Assembly: GCA_023404495.1 (NCBI GenBank)
Contig: JAEYBE010000033.1
Location: forward strand, 72,032-136,031
DNA from: Actinomycetes bacterium
GTDB taxonomy: Bacteria; Actinomycetota; Thermoleophilia; Solirubrobacterales; JACPNS01
Direction of reading: 5' to 3'
Length of the DNA: 64,000 nt
Shown: positions 8,711-17,683 of the stretch, in pieces
Layout of the letters: each line of letters starts with the position of its first letter
Numbering within the stretch: the stretch's first letter is position 1
Position numbers and translations under genes: made by a program
The notes under the pieces: generated by a model
Seen by the model: only the letters and a program-made list of their open reading frames with translations
The model's database searches: none
What the model was told of the DNA's origin: nothing

Positions 8711-9472
8711 ATGGCGCGCCTCGAAGACATCGAACTGCCAGAAGGCGATGCAGCGGGGACGCTGCACCTGAATCCGGCCGCGCAGTTTCATCCCAATGTC
8801 TTGCTGCCCGGCGACCCCGCGCGAGCGATGGCGATCGCCACCGATCAGCTGACCGCCCCGCGCATGTTCAACCACCGCCGCGGGCTGTGGGGCTACTCGG
8901 GTGAAACCGAGGCCGGCACCGGATTCACGATCCAGGCCAGCGGAATGGGCGGGCCGAGCGCGGCCATAGTCGTAGAGGAACTCTGTGATCTTGGCGCCGA
9001 AGTGATCGTGCGGGTTGGGACCTGCGGGGCGCTTGATCCGGAGGTGCGGTTGGGTGACCTTGTTGTTGTGACGTCTGCTGTTAGCGACGACGGCGCAAGC
9101 CGGGCGCTCGGCGCTGAAGATGAGATTGAAGGAGACGCCGAGCTGCGCGGGTGGTTGATCGCCGAGGCCGGCTTGACTTCACGGCGGGTGCATGCCGGGA
9201 AGGTGGCGACGGTCGACCTCTTTTATGACCCGGCTGCTGATGATCGCCACCGGGCGCTGGTCGCTCGCGGCGCCGTCGCCCTAGAAATGGAGGCCGCGGC
9301 GGTGTTCGCCGTGGCGGCGCGACGAGGAGTTCGGGCTGCCTGCTTGCTCGGCGTCACCGACGAGCTCTATCCAGAGGACAGCCGCGCGCGCCTCGACCAC
9401 GACGCGATCGGCGAACTAGGTCGCGACCTAGGCGCCGTAGCTGTGGCGTCCGTGTCTGCCGCGCGGAACTAA
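8711..9472 (+). CDS. nucleoside phosphorylase, PNP/UDP family 1 (purine- or uridine-phosphorylase-like)
   Basis: Motifs GMGGPSAAIVVEEL, RVGTCGAL and LEMEAAAVFAVA. ATG 8711 was chosen to avoid overlap with the divergent gene. Substrate cannot be assigned. Confidence 0.75.
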   Translation: MARLEDIELPEGDAAGTLHLNPAAQFHPNVLLPGDPARAMAIATDQLTAPRMFNHRRGLWGYSGETEAGTGFTIQASGMGGPSAAIVVEELCDLGAEVIVRVGTCGALDPEVRLGDLVVVTSAVSDDGASRALGAEDEIEGDAELRGWLIAEAGLTSRRVHAGKVATVDLFYDPAADDRHRALVARGAVALEMEAAAVFAVAARRGVRAACLLGVTDELYPEDSRARLDHDAIGELGRDLGAVAVASVSAARN

Positions 9473-9484
9473 GCGGCGGATCTG

Positions 9485-9515
9485 CGCAAGTCTGCGCTCC
9501 GAGCGCAGACTTGCG
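9485..9515 (+). terminator. hairpin terminator after the nucleoside phosphorylase gene
   Basis: CGCAAGTCTGCGCT-ccg-AGCGCAGACTTGCG forms a perfect 14-bp stem starting 13 nt after the stop codon. There is no clear T-tract. Confidence 0.55.
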
Positions 9516-9823
9516 AACAAAACGCCCGTGAAATGGGATCTCGCGCGAAAGATACCTAGCTCGGGGGAGTAAACGAGTGGCCTCAAATCCATTAAAGAGG
9601 TCATGACCTCGGCGCACATACCCCAAAACTCTTCCCGCAAATTACTTGCTTTTTGGAGCGCCAGCGGATATACAAGACCCAGCGCACATCTCGGCGTCCC
9701 CATGGGACGTGTGCGTTCTATCTGGCAGCGCCGCCTCTCGCGCGGGGGAAACGTAAGGGCGGGAGGCGGCTGCGCCAATTCGCTCAACCCTGTTAGTCCA
9801 ACACGATCGGCCGTCGCTCGGGG

Positions 9824-11017
9824 GTGCCGATGACAGACTCGGCATCGCGCGTTGACGACGCGCCCACGGCCACTTCGCTCAATCGACTGGAGATCGACCG
9901 CCTAGCAACGGACATCGTTGCGGAGTACGGGCCGATGATCATGGGCGACGCATGCCGCTTCAGCGCCACGCGAGAGGATGCCGAAGACGCCTACCAGCGA
10001 GCGCTCGAGCTGCTACTGACCAAGGCGCCTTCAAATGACCGAGGCCAGTTGCTCCCGTGGCTGCGCACCGTCGTCCGCAACGAGGCGTTGCAGATCGCAA
10101 GGTCGCGGCAGAAGCGCGAGGTCGAAACCGCGCCACACAGGTTCGAGGGCGTCGAGTCGGCGCGGCGTGGCCCTGAATCAGCTGCAGAGGCCGCATCGGA
10201 GATCGAAATGGGATTCGAAGCGCTGGGGCGGCTGACCCAGGACCAGATCAAATGCATGCTCGCGCAAGCCGAAGGTCTTGAGTACCACGAAATTGCCGCA
10301 CGAACCGGATTCTCGAGGAGGAAAGTCACCCGGTGTCTCGAGCATGGGCGCGAGGCATTCGCAAAGCGTTTCGAGGCGATTGCTGCCGGGTCTGAATGCG
10401 AGCGCATGCAGCCGCTGATCCGGCGAGTGCTCCAGTCCGATGCTGCAGCGGCGCTCGAACTTCGTCCTCATCTCCGGCACTGCCTTGCCTGTCGCGCGCG
10501 GCTGCGGGCATATGAGTCGGCTCCTCGCGACGTCGCCGCCATGCTGCCGCCGGCAATCGTCATCACGCAACTCGCACCAACCGGCCTCCTCGCGCGGATT
10601 TCCGCCTGGTGGGAATCGTTGGCACTCCGATTCGCCTCGTTTGCCCCTGGCGGCACCGGCTGGTCCGAGATTGCCGTTGCGAAAAAGGTCGCCGCGATGG
10701 CGGCGATCGCCGCTGCCGCGTCGGGCGGAGGATTCGCCGCCGAGCGATACCTGCAACACGAAACAGGGTCGGCTTCGGACAGGGCGCCACGTGCCGGCAT
10801 CGCCGAGTCGCGCCCGATGTTCGACCCGCTGAGCGTGCCCGCACGAAAGCGCGATCGCCCTCGGAATCGCCGTAAGACCCGCTCCGATGACGCGAAAACA
10901 GAGGAAACCGCATCCGTGCCGCAGGCGGCGAATTCTGCAGCTCCGCCGGCGGCAACTCCAACCCCGGCCGACGACGGTTCGGCCGAATTCAGTCCCGAAT
11001 CGAGGTCCGCACCATGA
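9824..11017 (+). CDS. ECF sigma factor fused to a ZAS-type anti-sigma motif, a hydrophobic segment and a Pro/Ala-rich tail
   Basis: Sigma region 2-like DAEDAYQRALELLL...LLPWLRTVVRNEALQIARSR and region 4 HTH LTQDQIKCMLAQAEGLEYHEIAARTGFSRRKVTRCLEHGR. These are followed by HLRHCLAC (HxxxCxxC, nt 10469..10492), an Ala-rich hydrophobic segment (aa 283-306) and a disordered tail. The stop overlaps the next start (ATGA at 11014..11017). Confidence 0.8.
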   Translation: MPMTDSASRVDDAPTATSLNRLEIDRLATDIVAEYGPMIMGDACRFSATREDAEDAYQRALELLLTKAPSNDRGQLLPWLRTVVRNEALQIARSRQKREVETAPHRFEGVESARRGPESAAEAASEIEMGFEALGRLTQDQIKCMLAQAEGLEYHEIAARTGFSRRKVTRCLEHGREAFAKRFEAIAAGSECERMQPLIRRVLQSDAAAALELRPHLRHCLACRARLRAYESAPRDVAAMLPPAIVITQLAPTGLLARISAWWESLALRFASFAPGGTGWSEIAVAKKVAAMAAIAAAASGGGFAAERYLQHETGSASDRAPRAGIAESRPMFDPLSVPARKRDRPRNRRKTRSDDAKTEETASVPQAANSAAPPAATPTPADDGSAEFSPESRSAP

Positions 11018-14000
11018 GCCGTACGATCAAGCTAAGAACCTGTCACTTTGTCCTGAGTTGCTTCGTAGCGCTGACGTTGGTCGTCGTGTCAACACAGTCC
11101 GCCAACGCCGGCACGTACACGGTCAACCCGATTCCCTGTTCGACCGCCAGCCCAACATCAGGTCAAGACGGCTGGGCCTTCGGTGCGTACTGCGGGAATT
11201 TCAGCGCCTTCTACATGCAGCTGAACTCTACTCCCGACCACCCGGTCGGCTCTCCGGGCACGATCTTCTACACGAAGTACGGACGCGTGCGCAGCGGCGC
11301 AAGTATCACGCAGCTGACGCTCACACGCAGCTCCTCCGGACTTGAGCCCGACGCCCAAGGAACGCCGCGCATCACGCCAAGCTTTTGCCTGCGCACATCC
11401 GGCCTAGCTGACGGATGGACTGCTGCAAGCGACGGCGGTTGCGCAGTTCTCCCACTCAACAACAACGGTCAACCCGCGCTGACAGACAGCGGCAGCTTTA
11501 CGAACCTCACATACAACTCCAACTGCGGAGGCAACTGCGACGGCTTTCAAGTCCGCGCTCGCTCTGGCGCCACCGGCGGCTACCTGGGCATTTCAGGTAT
11601 TTCCGCAATCGTGGATGACACCACGAATCCCACAACTTCGATTGCGGCAGGCCCAGCGGCGAACTCAAATCAGTGGGTTCGCGGCGCGACTGTCGCAATC
11701 GCCGCCGACTCGTCGGACACCGGCGGCGGGATCAAGTCGACCGCCCTCACCATCCAGAGTCCGCTTACGACACTGAAGACGGTCTCCGCGAGCTGCGATT
11801 TCGCCACTTGGAACCCTTGCCCAACGACACGGAACTGGACCTCGACCTTCGACTCAACGCAAACGCAGGACGGCACCTACACGGCTCGCTACACCGCAAC
11901 CGACGCGGGCGACCGCACCGCCAGCAGCGCAAACTTCTCACTGCGCATCGACAACACCAATCCGGAGACGCCCAAGGACATCGAATCCCAAACCACCGGC
12001 ATGAACGGTTGGAGCTCATCAAACTCTTTCGCCGCCAGCTGGACGAATGGCATCGAAGTCGCCGAGACTCAGACGCAGTCAGGAATCAGCGCCGTCGTGG
12101 TCGACGTTGAGCCGACAACCGGATCTCAGACTGACCCGGCGGCCGTGGAAGTGCCGGTAGGGGGGAGCGCTTCGGGGATCTCCGCGACGCTTGACTCCGT
12201 CTCGGGAGTTACCGTGCCGACCGAGGGCGCCTGGACGCTTGAGCTTGCCCTCAAGGACCGCGCCGGCAACGTCTCGCCAGTTGGAGCCGGCAGTGACCCG
12301 GCGACTGACGGCAAGACGTCGATTGGTTGGGACACACTGCTCCCCGGATCTCCGGATGGTCAGGCAAATGGCTGGATCAGCCGCGATGAACTTGCAGCTG
12401 GGTTTGATCAGGAGTTCTCGTACGTGGCGCCAGTCGGTGCTCAAGCACCTGTCTGCGGCTTCGCCGGCGCGATCGACAAAAACATCAACGGCACCACCGG
12501 AACCTCAATCAACGTCCCTGGCGGTGGCGACGCGAAGACGTGGCGCCTCCCCGGCACACTCGATGAAGCCACCCACTACGTCCACCTTCGCGCCGTCAGT
12601 TGCAACGGGACCGTTTCTCAAGCAACAACCACTGTCGCAGCTCCCGTCGACCGCACCGACCCAGTCGGCTCGATCGACGGAGTTGAGGACGGCAATTGGT
12701 ATCAGGACGGCAAGGCCGTGACCCTCAGCGCGGTCGACACCCTTTCTGGCATGGCGCCAGCCGACCCGATCGAACCAAAGTCAACCGCTGGCGCATACCT
12801 CTCATACCGCGTTAACGGAAGCGGTCCAGCAGACGACGATTCTCCTCGCGGAGGCTCCACAGTCGTAAACGTCACCGGCGAAGGCCAGAAGACCCTCGAG
12901 TTCTCCCCGGTCGACTTCGCGAGCAACAGAGCTGTCGCGAAGACTGTCAACTTCGGCATTGACGCAACCGACCCGATCGGCTACGTCAAGTACCCGAACA
13001 GCGCCAAGCCCACGCTGCTTGAAGCATCGCTCAGCGACGTGCCTTCGGGCGTCTCCTACGCGGTCTTCTCAATCAAGAGGCAAGGGGGAGGATCCTGGGA
13101 AGACCTCCCTACCGGAACCACCGCCCAGGGCGGATCCAATGTTCTCGCCTCGGCGCGCTTCCCGGACACCGAGAAAGACGCCGGCACATATGACGTGCGG
13201 GTCCGCGCCTATGACCAGGCAGGCAACGCGCTGGCCACCCAGCGCTACCAGAACGGCCAGGTTGCAACGGTCGAAAACCCGATGAGGAGCAAGACCGAAA
13301 TTGACGTGAAGCTCTTCAAGGCACTTCGCACCTGCACGATCACCAAGAAGAAGAGCGGCAAGAAGACCAAGTGCATCGTCAAGAAGTGCACCAAGAAGAG
13401 CAAGGGCACGTGTTATCGCGTTCTGCGCGGTCGCGTTGTGCTCGTCGGCGGCTCCAAAGCCGTCACGTCCGAGTTCAAGCGCGGAGCACAGGCCGTTGGC
13501 GTCCTTTCCGACGAGAACGGCAAGCCGCTGGCAAACACCGACGTCAAGATCTCCACGACCGAGAAGTTCTCGGGCAAGCAGTCACTTGTCGGCGAGACTC
13601 GGACCGATTCCAACGGCATCTACAGCCTGCGCGTTCCGGCCGGCACCAACCGCACCGTTCGCGCCACATATGAGGGCAGCGAGACCCGCCGGCCGACTTC
13701 AACCACCGGCGAGCTCTCGACCCGAGCCAAGATGACGATAAAGCTCAGCAAGAAGCGCGCCCGCACGGGCCAGAGCGTCACCTTCTCCGGCAAGGTCACT
13801 CCGTTTGACGCAGTCATTCCCAAGGGCGGCAAGATTGTCGCGCTGCAGTTCTACGCAGCCAAGAAGTGGCGGCCAGCTGTTGGCGTTGCCCACACCGACG
13901 CAAACGGCAAGTTCAGGATCAAGTACACGTTCGACGGAGCGAAGGTGAAGGCAAAGATCATCTTCCGCGTTGTTGCCCCTTCAGAAGATGGCTGGGGTCA

Positions 14001-14046
14001 CGCCTACAGCGTGTCTAAGCCGAAGGTGATTCGCCTGAACTTCTAG
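11014..14046 (+). CDS. large secreted multi-domain protein with Ig-like repeats and a CarboxypepD_reg-like module
   Basis: 1010 aa with the signal peptide MSRTIKLRTCHFVLSCFVALTLVVVSTQSANA. Module boundaries recur as D-x-T-x-P (VDDTTNPT, IDNTNPET, VDRTDPVG, IDATDPIG) with D..SG[IVM] motifs. It also has a Lys/Cys-rich linker CTITKKKSGKKTKCIVKKCTKKSKGTC and a C-terminal GVLSDENGKPLANTDVKI...TDSNGIYSLRVPAG module. Confidence 0.7.
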   Translation: MSRTIKLRTCHFVLSCFVALTLVVVSTQSANAGTYTVNPIPCSTASPTSGQDGWAFGAYCGNFSAFYMQLNSTPDHPVGSPGTIFYTKYGRVRSGASITQLTLTRSSSGLEPDAQGTPRITPSFCLRTSGLADGWTAASDGGCAVLPLNNNGQPALTDSGSFTNLTYNSNCGGNCDGFQVRARSGATGGYLGISGISAIVDDTTNPTTSIAAGPAANSNQWVRGATVAIAADSSDTGGGIKSTALTIQSPLTTLKTVSASCDFATWNPCPTTRNWTSTFDSTQTQDGTYTARYTATDAGDRTASSANFSLRIDNTNPETPKDIESQTTGMNGWSSSNSFAASWTNGIEVAETQTQSGISAVVVDVEPTTGSQTDPAAVEVPVGGSASGISATLDSVSGVTVPTEGAWTLELALKDRAGNVSPVGAGSDPATDGKTSIGWDTLLPGSPDGQANGWISRDELAAGFDQEFSYVAPVGAQAPVCGFAGAIDKNINGTTGTSINVPGGGDAKTWRLPGTLDEATHYVHLRAVSCNGTVSQATTTVAAPVDRTDPVGSIDGVEDGNWYQDGKAVTLSAVDTLSGMAPADPIEPKSTAGAYLSYRVNGSGPADDDSPRGGSTVVNVTGEGQKTLEFSPVDFASNRAVAKTVNFGIDATDPIGYVKYPNSAKPTLLEASLSDVPSGVSYAVFSIKRQGGGSWEDLPTGTTAQGGSNVLASARFPDTEKDAGTYDVRVRAYDQAGNALATQRYQNGQVATVENPMRSKTEIDVKLFKALRTCTITKKKSGKKTKCIVKKCTKKSKGTCYRVLRGRVVLVGGSKAVTSEFKRGAQAVGVLSDENGKPLANTDVKISTTEKFSGKQSLVGETRTDSNGIYSLRVPAGTNRTVRATYEGSETRRPTSTTGELSTRAKMTIKLSKKRARTGQSVTFSGKVTPFDAVIPKGGKIVALQFYAAKKWRPAVGVAHTDANGKFRIKYTFDGAKVKAKIIFRVVAPSEDGWGHAYSVSKPKVIRLNF

Positions 14047-14191
14047 GTCAGCAAGCTTCAGCGTGATGCACTTGAGTGCCCTGGCCTATCCGGCCGCGGC
14101 GCTCTGGCGAAGCCGTGTGTTCGACATGTTCTTTGCGAGCTCGGTGCGCGCAAGGACCACGCGCCTCACGCCGATATAACAACAACTAGTC

Positions 14192-17100
14192 ATGTTCGCC
14201 AGAGAAGCCACCCGCCGCCTGATTGCGATGCAAGCCTTTGCCCTTGCTCTGGGCATAACTGTCGCGATCCAGCTCACGACCAGGGCAAGCTCCGCTCCGG
14301 CAACTCCTCCGGCCGCCAAGGTGAGCGCGCAGACCTATGCCCTTGCAGCTGAGTCACAGACGATCCTGGTGAACATTCGCCTGACCAAGACGACGCTGAT
14401 CGCCAGTCTCTCCGATGACGCCAAAGCCCTTCTTGCCACCACCCAGGGCACGACCGCGGCTCGCCGCGCGGCGCAGCGAAACCCGCAAGTGAAATCAAAC
14501 GCCGAGGTCGTTGCCGCTTCGATCGCCGAGAGTTCTCGCAACGCAGCTCTTCCGGCAATTCGCCGCGCAGCAAAAGGAGGCATCGCGCAGAGCAACGTGA
14601 TGCAAGACCTGATCGCCCGCCGCGGCGCGAAGGTCATCTCTGCATCGCCGCTGCCAAACCAGATCGTTGCAAGGATTCCGGCGTCGCTGCTCGCCGAGCT
14701 TGAACGCAATCCGAATGTTGCCAGTGTGACGACAGCCAAGCTGCCAGTGTGGATGAGCGGACCCGGTGATGAGTCCTACGTCTGGCGCAACGCCGGCTTC
14801 ACAGGCCAGGGCAGCTCGCTAGACGGCAAGGGCAGCCCGGATTTCGTCGTCGTCGACACCGGCGCTCGCACGACGCACAACTACTTCAAATCTCGGCTTC
14901 CGGAAGATTGCCCAACCTGCGACGGCACCGGGCCATCCCGCATCACATCACCAGTCGTTCGCAACGACTTCTCCGGTTCCAAGCACACCAACGTGATCGT
15001 CGGGCAAGTCGCAAGTACCGCGCTGAGTACTTCCGCCGACACCGGTATGGCCTACGGCATCGACAAGGTCTACGACGCATACCAGGCATACAGTCCCTAC
15101 CTCTGGCTGCTTGGAATCAGCGCACCCAGACCAAGCAATTACTCGACCAGCCTCCCCGCCAGCGACCCTGGCCTTGGCGGCCTAGACGATCTGCCGGAAG
15201 TTTTCAATTACAGCGCCGGCATCTACGAGGACACGACAGACCTGAACACCGACTGGCGCTTTTTTGATTCGCTTGAAGCCAATTACGGGATGCTCACCAC
15301 CGTTAGCGCCGGCAACTGCGGTATCGCCACACCATCTTTCACAAACTGCGCCGACGGGCCGCACCGCGTCTCCACTCCCACCACCAACTACAACGTCCTC
15401 AGCGTCGGCGCCATGCAATCGCCCACCGTATATCCAGACACTTCCGGCTACGAGGCCTGGGAAAACACATCGCCAGGACCGACATGGGGGGGACGCAAGA
15501 AGCCCGACGTGATCACATCGCCGTTCAGCACCGGCGGCAACGCTTCTCAGCTCAACGACACCGGCGACGCAACCGGAATCGGCTCCGGCACCAGCTACGC
15601 CGCCCCCAAAGCCGCAGCCGGCGCACTCCTTCTCGCATCAGTCGGCGTCTACAAGCCCACCGCACAAAAAGCCATTCTGATCAACTCGGCAACGCCAGTG
15701 CAAGGCCAGACCTACTGGATGCCGCGAACCGGCTGGGGGGCGCTGAGCCTCGACAAGGCCTTCACCCAGCGCGGCAATTACGCCAACGCTGAAGTCCACG
15801 GCGCAGGGCCAAACTCCGCCCGCTTCTTCGAGACGACCGGAGTTTCGGTAGGAGACAGGGCCACGCTGGTCTGGAACCGCCGCACCGGCACCGAGTCGGT
15901 GCTCGACCCCAGCTATTACAACCTCACCAACCTCGACCTCTCGCAGATCTCGCCAGCTGACTCCACTGGCGCAACAGTGACCTCGACTGGCGGATCCGAT
16001 GCGGCGGACACGGTCGACACCGACCAGACCTTCACCGACGACAACCCGATGCCCGGCAACGGAGACGACGGCGGCGACAACGTTGAGCAGATCCGCTCTA
16101 CAGCCACGGGAACGCAGATCCTCAAGGTCAAGGCACTCTCGAGCGTCGACGGCGCCACCACAGAGCCCTTCTCGATCGCCGCGCGCAATCCCGTGAATGC
16201 GATCGCCAGCCCGATCGCCAGCGTCGATGCATCGCCAAGCACGGCTCTCGCCGGCCCTGGCCAAAGCGTCACGATAAATGCGACCAGTTCCAATCCATCA
16301 AGCGCGCTCGCCCTCACCGGCGCCCAGGCGACAATCAACTTGCCCGGTGGAGTTTCGCTCACCGCCGGCACAGCCACGCAAAGTCTCGGCACGCTGGCCT
16401 CCGGCTCACCGGCCGCGGCCAGCTGGACCGTGCAGGGCTCTGCCACCGGCGTAAAGAACATCACCGTCACCACAAGCGGCACTGCCTACGGAGAAACCTT
16501 CGCGGGATCCGACGCAGCAGACTTCACAGTCGACGCCGACCCGCCAATCTTGACGCTCGATTCCAAGCCGCAGTTCTCGCCGAGCAGCTCGCCGAGCTTC
16601 TCTTGGTCTGCCGCTGATGCACTCAGCTCAGTCGCGAGCTACGACGCAGAGGTTCAGATCGACGGCGGCAGCTGGACACAGGTGCTTGATGCCAGCACCG
16701 ACACTTCTTACGAGGCCTCAGGCTCAGATGGCCAGCTCGTCGCAGTGCGCGTTCGCGCGCGCGACACCTTTGGAAACCTGTCGGACTGGTCTGAAGCATC
16801 AACAACGATCGACACCTCGCCGCCGGTCGTCAACTTCGGGCCCTCCAGCTCGCCGGTCCGCGGGGCTATCGCCGTGCCGGTCTCCGTCTCGAGCGCAGGT
16901 TCTCCCGTCACGAGCTCCTCCTACTCCTTCGCGCCCGGCGCGACAGCCGCGGCCCTACCGCTTCCCGCCAGTCCGACGTACTTCAACAAGCTCGACTCGG
17001 CCGTGCAAGCAACGCTGATTGTTACGGCAACAGATGCGCTCGGCCGCGCGACCACCCGCAGCCAGATCTACACCGCCGGACCCAAGCGACTCGCGCCCGC

Positions 17101-17368
17101 ACTGCGCATCTCAAGCGCCAAGGCCAAGCGCCGAGTTGCAACCGTTTCGGGGACGATCGCCAAAGAGGCCGCCGGCACCATCTTCGTGACAATCCAGCGC
17201 ACCACCAAGAAGGGGACGCGCCGCGTCGTCAAGGAAGTACGCGCCTCCGGTGGCCGATACAAGGCGAAGATCCGCCTAAAGCCTGGTCGCTACAAGGCGA
17301 CGGTGCTTTGGCCAGGGTCGACGTCACTCACGCGTCAATCGTTGACGCGCCAACTGACCGTCCGGTAG
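14192..17368 (+). CDS. secreted S8-family subtilase with C-terminal CARDB/FN3-like and basic Ig-like domains
   Basis: 1058 aa. Motifs are FVVVDTGA (Asp), a divergent His region SKHTNVIVGQ, TVSAGNCG (Asn) and GSGTSYAAPKAAAGALLL (Ser). It has an N-terminal hydrophobic signal and an I9-like propeptide. There is no LPXTG. Confidence 0.75.
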   Translation: MFAREATRRLIAMQAFALALGITVAIQLTTRASSAPATPPAAKVSAQTYALAAESQTILVNIRLTKTTLIASLSDDAKALLATTQGTTAARRAAQRNPQVKSNAEVVAASIAESSRNAALPAIRRAAKGGIAQSNVMQDLIARRGAKVISASPLPNQIVARIPASLLAELERNPNVASVTTAKLPVWMSGPGDESYVWRNAGFTGQGSSLDGKGSPDFVVVDTGARTTHNYFKSRLPEDCPTCDGTGPSRITSPVVRNDFSGSKHTNVIVGQVASTALSTSADTGMAYGIDKVYDAYQAYSPYLWLLGISAPRPSNYSTSLPASDPGLGGLDDLPEVFNYSAGIYEDTTDLNTDWRFFDSLEANYGMLTTVSAGNCGIATPSFTNCADGPHRVSTPTTNYNVLSVGAMQSPTVYPDTSGYEAWENTSPGPTWGGRKKPDVITSPFSTGGNASQLNDTGDATGIGSGTSYAAPKAAAGALLLASVGVYKPTAQKAILINSATPVQGQTYWMPRTGWGALSLDKAFTQRGNYANAEVHGAGPNSARFFETTGVSVGDRATLVWNRRTGTESVLDPSYYNLTNLDLSQISPADSTGATVTSTGGSDAADTVDTDQTFTDDNPMPGNGDDGGDNVEQIRSTATGTQILKVKALSSVDGATTEPFSIAARNPVNAIASPIASVDASPSTALAGPGQSVTINATSSNPSSALALTGAQATINLPGGVSLTAGTATQSLGTLASGSPAAASWTVQGSATGVKNITVTTSGTAYGETFAGSDAADFTVDADPPILTLDSKPQFSPSSSPSFSWSAADALSSVASYDAEVQIDGGSWTQVLDASTDTSYEASGSDGQLVAVRVRARDTFGNLSDWSEASTTIDTSPPVVNFGPSSSPVRGAIAVPVSVSSAGSPVTSSSYSFAPGATAAALPLPASPTYFNKLDSAVQATLIVTATDALGRATTRSQIYTAGPKRLAPALRISSAKAKRRVATVSGTIAKEAAGTIFVTIQRTTKKGTRRVVKEVRASGGRYKAKIRLKPGRYKATVLWPGSTSLTRQSLTRQLTVR

Positions 17369-17487
17369 TCGCTCCAGTTCCGACGTCCAGCGAACAGATT
17401 CATCGGCGGCCGCGCAACTGCGCCCAATTCGCTACGAAGAAGTCCGCCCGCGTTCGCATAGGCGCAACGTAGGTAAGCGGCAAATCC

Positions 17488-17521
17488 TCCAAGCGGCCAC
17501 CCCGCGGGGTGGCCGCTTGGA
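17488..17521 (+). terminator. perfect 34-nt palindrome (terminator-like hairpin), copy 1
   Basis: TCCAAGCGGCCACCCCG|CGGGGTGGCCGCTTGGA lies 120 nt after the subtilase stop and sits within a 59-nt repeat (17475..17533). Confidence 0.6.
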
Positions 17522-17683
17522 AGAAATCTGGCTTGAAACGGCCGGACGCCATTTGAGCGACGGACACCACGCACGCCCGTTCTAGCGACGCCGATCGCAG
17601 AAATTTCACAACCACACCCCCACCCCCTCACGGATCACAGGTCAAAGGGCCAACAAGCCCAATTCGATCTGGAGGAAACCCCA

